From positions 2,891,037-2,955,036 of the forward strand of contig OZ245798.1 in NCBI GenBank assembly GCA_965228135.1: 64,000 bases of DNA. The letters are read 5' to 3'. Of this stretch, positions 49,632 through 59,024 are shown one piece after another. The first letter of the stretch is position 1; the number at the start of each line of letters is the position of its first letter. A program made the translations under genes and the position numbers. The notes beneath the pieces were generated by a model. The model did no database searches. It was not told the DNA's origin and saw nothing but the letters and a program-made list of their open reading frames with translations. This DNA is from Tagaea sp. GTDB lineage: Bacteria > Pseudomonadota > Alphaproteobacteria > CACIAM-22H2.

Positions 49632-51455
49632 ATGTCTGCCCTGCCCCGTATGCCGTTCGACATGTCCGACGACGATTACGGCGTCCCGTTTCAAATGCCG
49701 GGACGCTCGAACGGGTTCTTCGACCTCGATGCCGATGTGGGGCTCGGCTATCCCACGCGCCGCGCCGACAACATCAAGGTCCAGACGATCCTCGGAAACG
49801 CCGGGGATCTCGACCTCGCCAAGACCGATGGGCCCACCGGCTGGGGGCTCTACACGTTGGACGACGCGATCCGGTCGTACCAGAAGCGCAACGATTTGAA
49901 GGTCGATGGCTGGCTGCGCCCGGGCGGGCCGACGATTTCCAAGATGCGCGACCAGTTCGGCGCGAGCCTGGGAAAATACCCGGCCCCGAGCCCGCGCGAA
50001 GTCGACGAACATCACGACCGTTTGGCCCAAGGCGAACCCGGTCTGCTGAACGGCACCTACGGCGAATTGAAACTCGCGCCGATCTCCGGCCTGCCCGCAC
50101 CCGATGAAGATATGGTCGGGTCGAACCGCTCGATGGCCGAATATCTCCAGCGTCATCGCAGCGGTCTGGCCGACGCGCCGGATACGCTCGCCTCTTACAT
50201 CCGCACGATGGGTGTGCCCGGCATCGTCCAGGCGCGCGACTTCGTCGGGCAATGGGACCAAACGAAACCCGGCCAAGGCGGCGACGCGATCCGCGCGATC
50301 CTGACCGCCCTGGGCGACGCGCCCGAGCTGCAACGGCAATTCTTCGGCGGCCCGATCGCCAATGACCGCCCGATCGGGATTCGGATCGACGATCTGGTGT
50401 ACCGGCCCGGCGAAGACGAAAGCGTCGCGGTCCCGCTGCCATATCGGCCGGGCGAAATTGGGGCCCCGATTCGTCTGCCTTACACGCCGCCGCTATCGCG
50501 CGACGGGCTGCTCGATCCCGAATACATCAAGGCGTTCGGCGAACGCCTCGCGGCCAAGCGCGCGTTCGAGGAACAGGAGCGCGCCAACACGGTCTATGAC
50601 GACGGCTTGCTCGACGCGAACAACTGGCCGCCGCATTTGCGCGCCCGCTTGCTCGGCGATGCGCAAGCCAGCGACGACGCGAATCAGAACTTCAGCGGGA
50701 ACGACCGGCTCCAGCCCGCCGATGCGCCGGAGGCGACGGAGGAGGAATTCACCGGCCAAGACGAAGACGCCGACGCGATCCAAATCGCCGAAGCCAAAGG
50801 CCGTCCGTCGCAGCCCGCGCAACGACCGCCGGCGTCGACAGCACCGAAGCCGCCAGCGCCAAAACCGACAGCACCGCAAGCGCGTCCACCAGCGACGCCG
50901 GTGCTATCGTCGAAGTTCCGCGAGGCGATTTCCGCTGCCGAAGCTGGCGATAATCCGGTCCCGCCTTGGGATGCCAGGAACCCAGGTTCGACGGCAATCG
51001 GTCGATATCAGATTCTCAAGGATGCTTTTGTCGATGCGGGCTTGAAGGACGCAAGCGGAAATTGGCGTGCGGGCAATGCGCTGGGCGTAAAGACCGATGC
51101 CGAATTTCTTGCCAGCCAGGACGCGCAGAACAAAGCGTTCGACATGATAATGGCGCGAAACGACAAGCAACTTAAAAGTAATGGCGCTTATAACCATATC
51201 GGCAAAGACGTCGATGGCCTCAAGGACAAGTTCAAAATAACCGAATCCGGTCTTTTGGCGGCGGCACATCGGCAAGGCGCCGGGGCCGTCCGCGACTATC
51301 TGGTGCGGATGCGCGAGAATGAATGGAATTCTCAAAAGGGACTGGATGAAATCCAAAATTCGGACAGAAACCCGCAGCAAATTAAGTCGATGATGGATGC
51401 GCACAAAGCCATCGAACAGCGCTTGAGGGAATTCACCAATGTCCCGCACCGATGA
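49632..51455 (+). CDS. Large protein copy 1: peptidoglycan-binding domain + Pro-rich linker + divergent lytic transglycosylase (SLT)-like C-terminal domain; no signal peptide
   Basis: PG_binding_1-like repeat (VQTILGNAGDLDLAKTDGPTGWGLYTLDDAIRSYQKRNDLKVDGWLRPGGPT). C-terminal E-A-G..NP....N.GS.AIGRYQI...NGAYNHIG pattern matches the SLT E-S/GLMQ/AYNxG motif spacing. The track start at 49500 is a TTG inside the predicted -10, so I prefer the ATG at 49632 with GGAG RBS. Confidence 0.6.
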   Translation: MSALPRMPFDMSDDDYGVPFQMPGRSNGFFDLDADVGLGYPTRRADNIKVQTILGNAGDLDLAKTDGPTGWGLYTLDDAIRSYQKRNDLKVDGWLRPGGPTISKMRDQFGASLGKYPAPSPREVDEHHDRLAQGEPGLLNGTYGELKLAPISGLPAPDEDMVGSNRSMAEYLQRHRSGLADAPDTLASYIRTMGVPGIVQARDFVGQWDQTKPGQGGDAIRAILTALGDAPELQRQFFGGPIANDRPIGIRIDDLVYRPGEDESVAVPLPYRPGEIGAPIRLPYTPPLSRDGLLDPEYIKAFGERLAAKRAFEEQERANTVYDDGLLDANNWPPHLRARLLGDAQASDDANQNFSGNDRLQPADAPEATEEEFTGQDEDADAIQIAEAKGRPSQPAQRPPASTAPKPPAPKPTAPQARPPATPVLSSKFREAISAAEAGDNPVPPWDARNPGSTAIGRYQILKDAFVDAGLKDASGNWRAGNALGVKTDAEFLASQDAQNKAFDMIMARNDKQLKSNGAYNHIGKDVDGLKDKFKITESGLLAAAHRQGAGAVRDYLVRMRENEWNSQKGLDEIQNSDRNPQQIKSMMDAHKAIEQRLREFTNVPHR

Positions 51456-52086
51456 GCCCTCCATCCGTTCGATCATCGCTGGGGTCGCCTTGCTGGCCGC
51501 CGTTGCCGCACTCAGCGAATCGATGGCGATACCGATCGTCGCGAACGCCGAATGGTCGAGGCACGGCTTCGAAGTAGTTCCTTTGTACGATCTCACCCAG
51601 GCGCGCGACCCGGAACTCATCGCGCTCGCCGAACGCGTTATCGCAAGCGATCCAGATTTAGCCGCGCATTACGAAAATCCGAAAATCGACGAGCTGTTCG
51701 GATTCGATGCCAGCCAGGTCTATGTCGGCCGCGTGCGGATCGAACCGAAAGGGCAGCCTTGGGTCGCCATCGTCATCAGTGCGAGCAATTATTGCGGCAC
51801 GGCCGGATGTTCGACGTCGTACCTGTTCGCCAAGCACAACGGCGAATGGCGGCCCCAAACGTGGTTTTTTCGATCCGATCCGCCGCCTGCACCGATGGCA
51901 ATATTGTTGACGACGTCGCCGACGGTCGGTTGGATACCTGGAAGAAGTGGCGCGCGCGCGGGACGGGCGCAGTTATTTCCGGTCTTGATCAACGGTCGTC
52001 GCGTCATCCGGGGCGAGGATGGCGGGCAGTTCTGGGATGGCAAAGAATGGCAAGATTTTTGCCGTCGTTGCAATGAACTGGGCTGA
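51439..52086 (+). CDS. Small Cys-containing exported companion protein copy 1 (candidate inhibitor/immunity protein)
   Basis: 215 aa with N-terminal charged region plus hydrophobic core (signal-peptide/anchor-like) and 5 Cys. Start overlaps the large-gene stop by 17 nt (translational coupling). Confidence 0.6.
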   Translation: MSRTDEPSIRSIIAGVALLAAVAALSESMAIPIVANAEWSRHGFEVVPLYDLTQARDPELIALAERVIASDPDLAAHYENPKIDELFGFDASQVYVGRVRIEPKGQPWVAIVISASNYCGTAGCSTSYLFAKHNGEWRPQTWFFRSDPPPAPMAILLTTSPTVGWIPGRSGARAGRAQLFPVLINGRRVIRGEDGGQFWDGKEWQDFCRRCNELG

Positions 52087-53723
52087 TGTTCGGCCAAGGC
52101 GGCAACGCGATCCGCAGCTATCAGAAGCGCAACGATCTGAAAATCGATGGCTGGCTGCGCCCCGGCGGGCCGACGATCACGAAGATGCGCGACCAGTTTG
52201 GCGCGAGCCTGGGAAAATACCCGGCCCCGAGCCCGCGCGAGGTCGACGAACATCATGACCGTTTGGCGCAAGGCGAACCCGGTCTGCTGAACGGCACTTA
52301 CGGCGCGATCAAACTCGCGCCGATCCCCGGCCTGCCAGCCCCGGACGAGGATATGGTCGGCTCGAACCGATCGATGGCCGAATATCTCCAGCGCCATCGC
52401 AGCGGCCTGGCCGACGCGCCCGAGATGCTCGCGGCTTATGTCCGCAATCAGGGCCTACCCGGCATCGTCCAGGCGCGCGACTTCGTGAACCAGTGGGACC
52501 AAACCAAGCCCGGCCAAGGCGGCGACGCGATCCGCGCGATCCTATCGGCCCTGGGCGACACGCCCGATCTGCAACGCCAATTCTTCGGCGGCCCGATCGC
52601 CAACGACCGACCGATCGGGATTCGCATCGGCGATATGCGCGGCGAAATCAGCGATATGCTGCACCGGCCCGGCGATGATAAAGGCGCCGCAACACCGCTG
52701 CCGCACCGGCCCGGCGAGGAAGGCCCGATGGTCCGCCAGCCTTACGCCTCGTTGCCGCCGCTATCGCGCGACGGGCTGCTCGATCCCGACTACGTCAAAG
52801 CATTCGGCGAGCGCTTGGACGCCAAGCGCGAATTCGAGGAACAGCAGCGCGCCAACGCCGTCTACGACGACGGCTTGCTCGACGCCAACAACTGGCCGCC
52901 GCATTTGCGCGCCCGCTTGCTCGGCGATGCGCAAGCCAGCGACGACGCGAATCAGAACTTCAGCGGGAACGACCAGTTCCAGCCCGCGAATGCGCCGGAA
53001 ACGACGGACGAGGATTTCACCGGCCAAGACGAAGACGCCGACGCGATCCAAATCGCCGAAGCCAAAGGCCGGAAGCAGCAACCCGCGCAACGGCCGCCGG
53101 TATCAGCAGCACCGAAGCCGCCAGCGCCGAGACCGACAGCACCGCAGGCGCGTCCGCCTTCGACGCCGGCGCTATCGTCGAATTTCCGCGACGCAATCGC
53201 CACCGCCGAAGCAGGCAACATTCCTGTCCCGCCCTGGGGTACGGTGAACTCAGGCTCGAAGGCAATGGGTCGATATCAGATTCTGCCGAAGACTTTCGTC
53301 GATGCGGGTTTGAAGGACGCAAGCGGAAATTGGCGTGCGGGCAATGCGTTGGGCGTCAAGACCGATGCCGAGTTTCTTGCCAGCCAGAATGCGCAAAACA
53401 AGGCGTTCGACATGATAATGGCGCGAAACGACAAGCAACTTAAAAGTAATGGCGCTTATAACCATGTCGGCAAAGACGTCGATGGACTTGAGGCCAAGTT
53501 CAAAATAACCGAATCGGGCCTTTTGGCGGCGGCACATCGGCAAGGCGCTAGGGCCGTCCGCGACTATCTGGTGCGGATGCGCGAGAATGAATGGAATTCT
53601 CAAAAGGGGCTGGATGAAATCCAAAATTCGGACAGAAGCCCGAAGGAAATTGAGTCGATGGAGAAGGCACACAAAGCCATCGAACAGCGCTTGAGGGAAT
53701 TCGCCAATGTCCCGCACCGATGA
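52086..53723 (+). CDS. Large protein copy 2 (N-terminally shorter paralog): partial PG-binding domain + linker + SLT-like C-terminal domain
   Basis: ~85-90% identical to copy 1 from AIRSYQKRNDLK onward, with an 8-aa indel. Start ATG overlaps the preceding stop (TGATG). Confidence 0.55.
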   Translation: MFGQGGNAIRSYQKRNDLKIDGWLRPGGPTITKMRDQFGASLGKYPAPSPREVDEHHDRLAQGEPGLLNGTYGAIKLAPIPGLPAPDEDMVGSNRSMAEYLQRHRSGLADAPEMLAAYVRNQGLPGIVQARDFVNQWDQTKPGQGGDAIRAILSALGDTPDLQRQFFGGPIANDRPIGIRIGDMRGEISDMLHRPGDDKGAATPLPHRPGEEGPMVRQPYASLPPLSRDGLLDPDYVKAFGERLDAKREFEEQQRANAVYDDGLLDANNWPPHLRARLLGDAQASDDANQNFSGNDQFQPANAPETTDEDFTGQDEDADAIQIAEAKGRKQQPAQRPPVSAAPKPPAPRPTAPQARPPSTPALSSNFRDAIATAEAGNIPVPPWGTVNSGSKAMGRYQILPKTFVDAGLKDASGNWRAGNALGVKTDAEFLASQNAQNKAFDMIMARNDKQLKSNGAYNHVGKDVDGLEAKFKITESGLLAAAHRQGARAVRDYLVRMRENEWNSQKGLDEIQNSDRSPKEIESMEKAHKAIEQRLREFANVPHR

Positions 53724-54354
53724 GCCCTCCATCCGTTCGATCATCGCCGGGGTCGCCTTGCTGGCCGCCGTCGCGGCACTCAGCGAATCGATGGCGATAC
53801 CGATCGTCGCAAACGCCCAATGGTCGAGGGATCGCGTCGAAGTGGTTCCTTTGTACGATCTTACCCAGACGCGCGACCCGGAACTCATCGCGCTCGCCGA
53901 ACGCGTTATCGCAAGCGATCCAGATTTAGCCGCGCATTACGAAAATCCGAAAATCGACGAGCTGTTCGGATTCGATGCCAGCCAGGTCTATGTCGGCCGC
54001 GTGCGGATCGAACCGAAGGGACAGCCCTGGGTCGCCTTCGCCGTTGGCGCGGGTGCGTATTGCGGCACGGCCGGGTGTTCGGCGTCGGCGCTGTTCGCCA
54101 AGCGCAACGGCGAATGGCATGCTCAAACGCCGTTCTATGCATACGATCCACCGCCTGCGCGGATGGCAATATTGTTGACGAAATCGCCGATGGTCGGTCG
54201 GATACCGGAAAGATATCGCGCACGCGCGGGACGGGCGCAGTTATTTCCGGTCTTGATCAACGGCCGTCGCGTCATCTGGGATGATGATGGCGGGCTGTTC
54301 TGGGATGGCAAAAAATGGGAAGGTTTTTGTCGTCTTTGCAATGAACTGGGCTGA
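53707..54354 (+). CDS. Small Cys-containing exported companion protein copy 2
   Basis: ~88% identical to copy 1. Substitutions clustered in a central patch (VAIVISASNY/VAFAVGAGAY, STSYLFAKHNGEWRPQTWFFRS/SASALFAKRNGEWHAQTPFYAY). Confidence 0.6.
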   Translation: MSRTDEPSIRSIIAGVALLAAVAALSESMAIPIVANAQWSRDRVEVVPLYDLTQTRDPELIALAERVIASDPDLAAHYENPKIDELFGFDASQVYVGRVRIEPKGQPWVAFAVGAGAYCGTAGCSASALFAKRNGEWHAQTPFYAYDPPPARMAILLTKSPMVGRIPERYRARAGRAQLFPVLINGRRVIWDDDGGLFWDGKKWEGFCRLCNELG

Positions 54355-54391
54355 GCCACGCATCCGCTTGCCCCCTACGATCGCTGACGGC

Positions 54392-55807
54392 TCAGTACGC
54401 GTTTTCCTTGCCGAGCACGGCGATCGGCGTCAGCGCCAGGATCTTCAGATCGAAGATCAGCGACCAGTTGTCGATATAGTAAAGGTCGAACTGCACGCGC
54501 CGGCGCATCTTCTCGGGCGTGTCGGTCTCGCCGCGCAAACCGTTGACCTGCGCCCAGCCGGTGATGCCCGGCTTCACGCGATGGCGGGCGAGATAATCGT
54601 CGATGATCTTGGCGTATTGCTCGTTATGCGCGACCGCGTGCGGGCGCGGGCCGACCAGCGACATATCGCCCTTGAGCACGTTCAAAAGCTGCGGCAACTC
54701 GTCGAGCGAGGTCTTGCGCAGGAAGCGGCCCACGCGCGTCACGCGCGGATCGTCGCGCGTCGCCTGGGGCACATGCGGCGCCTCCACCCGGCCGTGATAC
54801 ATCGAGCGGAATTTGTAGACGACGATTGGGTTGTTCGCGAAGCCGTAGCGCGGCTGGCGGAACAGGATCGGCCCCGGGCTGTTGAGCTTGATCGCCAGCG
54901 CCACCAAGGCGAGTACGGGCGACAGCAGCACCAGCAGGATGGCGCCCAGCACGCGATCTTCCAGCGCCTTCAGCACCAGGCTCCAGCCCGAGAGCGGGCG
55001 TTCGAGCACCGACAGCATCGGAATGCCCGCGATGGCGTGGAAGCCGCGCGCGGGCAGATAGGTGCCGATGTAATCGGGGCAGAGCTTCACGTCGACCGGC
55101 ACGGTCTTGAGCTTCTTGATCAGCTCCTGCAAATCGGACGAGGCCTGCCAGGGCATCGCCACGATGATCGCGTCGACCGCCCCGGTCTTGGAATGCGCGA
55201 TCAGATCGTCAACCGTGCCCGCGACCTTATGGCCTTCGAGTTCCGGCGGCAGCCGGTCCTTGCGATCGTCGAACACGCCGATGATCCGGTATTCATGCGT
55301 ATCGACATCGGCGAGATGTTTGAGGAACGCGCGGCCCATCTCGCCCGCCCCGATCACCGCGACGTTCTGCGCAAGCCGCCCGTCGACGCGCCATTTGTCG
55401 AGTTGGAGCAGCAGCAGCAGGCGCACCAGGATCAGCGCGCCGAAGCCCAACGCGAACCAGCCGATCATGAAGGCGCGGCTGAACGCGACCGAGGTCTGGG
55501 TGAAATAGGCGAGCGCGATCAGGCTCGCCATCACCGCCGTCCACGCCATCGCGATCTTGCCGAATTGGCTGGCAAGGCGCGACAGATTGGCGAAGACGTA
55601 AAGCTTCGCGAGCTGGAAAAAATTCGCGGCCAAAATCACCGCGGCGAGCACGGCGATCAGATAGAGATCGGGCAGCGTCCAGGAATCATGGCGCGCCCAA
55701 TACGCGACGACCGCGGCCAAAGCGACGGCACCCAGATCGGCCGCCCGCAACGCCCCCAGCACGAGGGTTTGCAGATCGGCCGCGACGACGGCGTTTTTAC
55801 GTTTCAT
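54392..55807 (-). CDS. Exopolysaccharide/undecaprenyl-phosphate sugar phosphotransferase (WbaP/ExoY-type bacterial sugar transferase)
   Basis: N-terminal TM helices, CoA-binding-like domain and conserved C-terminal Bac_transf domain ([18 protein letters not shown]). Start at 55807. Confidence 0.85.
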   Translation of the reverse strand: MKRKNAVVAADLQTLVLGALRAADLGAVALAAVVAYWARHDSWTLPDLYLIAVLAAVILAANFFQLAKLYVFANLSRLASQFGKIAMAWTAVMASLIALAYFTQTSVAFSRAFMIGWFALGFGALILVRLLLLLQLDKWRVDGRLAQNVAVIGAGEMGRAFLKHLADVDTHEYRIIGVFDDRKDRLPPELEGHKVAGTVDDLIAHSKTGAVDAIIVAMPWQASSDLQELIKKLKTVPVDVKLCPDYIGTYLPARGFHAIAGIPMLSVLERPLSGWSLVLKALEDRVLGAILLVLLSPVLALVALAIKLNSPGPILFRQPRYGFANNPIVVYKFRSMYHGRVEAPHVPQATRDDPRVTRVGRFLRKTSLDELPQLLNVLKGDMSLVGPRPHAVAHNEQYAKIIDDYLARHRVKPGITGWAQVNGLRGETDTPEKMRRRVQFDLYYIDNWSLIFDLKILALTPIAVLGKENAY

Positions 55808-55928
55808 ACCAATATGTTGCCCGAGTATCGGGGAGTGCGAAGCGGGCGCGAGCATAGGGCAAATCTCCGTGCCACGAAAGCGTCGTCTCGGGACAGAACG
55901 GGCGAGAGGGGTGTAGGCTTCCAACGCT

Positions 55929-56540
55929 ATGTTTCCGGAAGGCGATGACCCGCTGCTGGTTTGGGGATTGCTGATCGTGCTGGGCTTGGCCGTGGGCCAG
56001 GCTTTGCGCCTGCGGCTGATGGCGCGTGCCGAGGCCAAGGCCGCCGCCGAGAGCGAAACCACCGAGGAAATCCGCATCGTCCGCCGCCAACCCGTGCGCC
56101 CCGCCGTGGCCGGGCCCCGGACGACGGGATCGGTGCCCTTTGCGGCCAACGCCTCGGGCGCCGCACCGGACCCGGAAGAGACCGTCCGGCGCCTCGCCCG
56201 CACATTGATGAATTTGGCCGCCAAGCGAGACCCCCGCTCGGCCGCGATGGCGCGCCGCGCCTCGGCCCGCGTCACGGCGTTGGCCGCCGCCCACGGCATC
56301 GGCGGCCCGGATGTCGAACGCACGGCGATGGCCGCGATGCTGGTGAAGCTCGGCCCCGCCGCCTTGCCGCCATCCTTGCAAGTCGATGCGCCCGTCGGCA
56401 CCTTCCCCGGCGAGATCATGGATCATGCGCGCCTCGACGGGCCGATCCCGGAACTGGTCCGCGCGGTGCGCGACGGTGCAGCCGTGCCGCCGCATTTGGA
56501 AAAACACGTCGCCCTCATCCGCGCGGCGATCGAGAGCTGA
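55929..56540 (+). CDS. Hypothetical membrane-anchored protein
   Basis: ORF with N-terminal TM helix and no recognisable domain. Confidence 0.4.
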   Translation: MFPEGDDPLLVWGLLIVLGLAVGQALRLRLMARAEAKAAAESETTEEIRIVRRQPVRPAVAGPRTTGSVPFAANASGAAPDPEETVRRLARTLMNLAAKRDPRSAAMARRASARVTALAAAHGIGGPDVERTAMAAMLVKLGPAALPPSLQVDAPVGTFPGEIMDHARLDGPIPELVRAVRDGAAVPPHLEKHVALIRAAIES

Positions 56541-56552
56541 CGGATTTCGACG

Positions 56553-57269
56553 ATGCTCCCCGACGATACCGTGATCTACGCCGTCGGCGACGTGCATGGC
56601 TATGCCGATATCCTGGATGAAATGCATGCGCGCATCCGCGCCGACGCGGCAACGCGCGATGCCACGCGCCGCGTGCTGGTCCATCTGGGCGATTACGTCG
56701 ATCGCGGCCCCGACTCAAAAGGCGTGCTGGAACGCCTGACGCGCGACTGGCCGGGCTTCGAACGCGCCGATCTGATGGGCAATCACGAAAAGCTGATGCT
56801 CGATTTCATCGACGATTCGTTCGACCCGGAGCGTTGGTTCCGCAATGGCGGGCTGGAGACGATGGAAAGCTACGGTGTTGCCCGGCATTGGACGCCCGCC
56901 GAGCAGCGCGTGGCCCTCGCCCGGGCTTTGGGCGACGCGGGCCTCGCCCAGCTTCGCGCGCTTAAAAGCCATCACCGGGTCGGCGGGTATTTCTTCGCCC
57001 ATGCCGGGGTGCGCCCCGGCGTGCCGCTGGACGCCCAGTCGCCGCTGGACTTGATGTGGATCCGCGAGGCGTTCCTGGACGCCGATTTCGATCCCGGCGC
57101 GGTGGTCGTTCATGGCCACACGATCTTCAAGGAACCCCAGGATTTCCGGCATCGGATCGGCATCGATCTGGGCGTTTACCGGAATTTCCGGCTGGGGGCG
57201 GCCGTGCTGCATGGCGGCGATCGGGAATTCCTGATCGTCGAAGACGTTGTACGTCAAGCCCGGTCCTGA
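56553..57269 (+). CDS. Metallophosphoesterase (Ser/Thr phosphatase / ApaH-like)
   Basis: Calcineurin-like motifs GDVHG, GDYVDRG and GNHE. Confidence 0.75.
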   Translation: MLPDDTVIYAVGDVHGYADILDEMHARIRADAATRDATRRVLVHLGDYVDRGPDSKGVLERLTRDWPGFERADLMGNHEKLMLDFIDDSFDPERWFRNGGLETMESYGVARHWTPAEQRVALARALGDAGLAQLRALKSHHRVGGYFFAHAGVRPGVPLDAQSPLDLMWIREAFLDADFDPGAVVVHGHTIFKEPQDFRHRIGIDLGVYRNFRLGAAVLHGGDREFLIVEDVVRQARS

Positions 57270-57307
57270 TATCCGGGCACGGCATTAGACCCGAAGGGTT
57301 TCCGAAC

Positions 57308-58288
<981 letters not shown>

Positions 58289-58289
58289 T

Positions 58290-59024
58290 CTAGAATTCGA
58301 CGATCTTCCCGTCGTCGGCGGTTTCGCAAGCGGTCTCGCCCAAGCGCGCGAGCAACTCCGCACTCATATGCGTGAGGATCGTGCGCTTGGCGCCGATCTC
58401 GGCCAAGCGCGCTTCGAGCGTGCGCCAGTCGAGATGGTATTTGACCTTCTTGTCGAAGAAATAAGCCTCGCACACGAACAGATCCGCGTTCTTCGCCGCC
58501 GGAATCAGCGCATCGACCCATTCGGTATCGCCCGAGTAGCAGAAGGCCTTGCCGTCGGCTTCGAGGCGATAGGCGTAAGGCGGCCCGCCCGACCAATGCA
58601 CCACCTCGAACGGTGTGGCCGTAAACCCCGCGACGTCGTGCGGCGTTTCGGGCGCCAATTCGGCGATCGACAATTCGTAAGGCCGCTTGGCTTGCGTCGA
58701 GCCGGGGAAGAAATTCTCGCACGCATCCAGCAGGCGCTTCTCGAATCCCGGGGGCCCGAACAGCGTCAACGGCCGCGCGCGCTTGGTGACAAGCTGCGCA
58801 TCGAGCAGGAAGAACGGCAAGCCGCCGAAATGATCGCCATGCAGATGCGTGACCAGCACGGCGTCGATCGTCGCGGGGTCGAGGCCGAATTTGCGGATCG
58901 CGACCATTGACGAAGCACCGCAATCGACCAGGATGCGCTTGGCGCCGCTTTCCAGCAGGAAACAGGTGTTGAAGCGGCCGCCGGAGCCGAACGCGTCGCC
59001 CGATCCCAGAAACGTCAGCTTCAT
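58290..59024 (-). CDS. MBL-fold metallo-hydrolase
   Basis: HxHxDH motif (THLHGDHF). Start at 59024. Upstream part of the track ORF is an artifact. Confidence 0.75.
   Translation of the reverse strand: MKLTFLGSGDAFGSGGRFNTCFLLESGAKRILVDCGASSMVAIRKFGLDPATIDAVLVTHLHGDHFGGLPFFLLDAQLVTKRARPLTLFGPPGFEKRLLDACENFFPGSTQAKRPYELSIAELAPETPHDVAGFTATPFEVVHWSGGPPYAYRLEADGKAFCYSGDTEWVDALIPAAKNADLFVCEAYFFDKKVKYHLDWRTLEARLAEIGAKRTILTHMSAELLARLGETACETADDGKIVEF

Larger units (their letters stand above)
49862..54354 (+). repeat. Tandem direct duplication of a ~2.25-kb large-gene/small-gene module (unit 1 49862-52085; unit 2 52106-54354), diverged ~10-15%
   Basis: Direct comparison of the two units at nucleotide and protein level. 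Offset is 2244 nt before and 2268 nt after a 24-nt indel. Confidence 0.8.
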
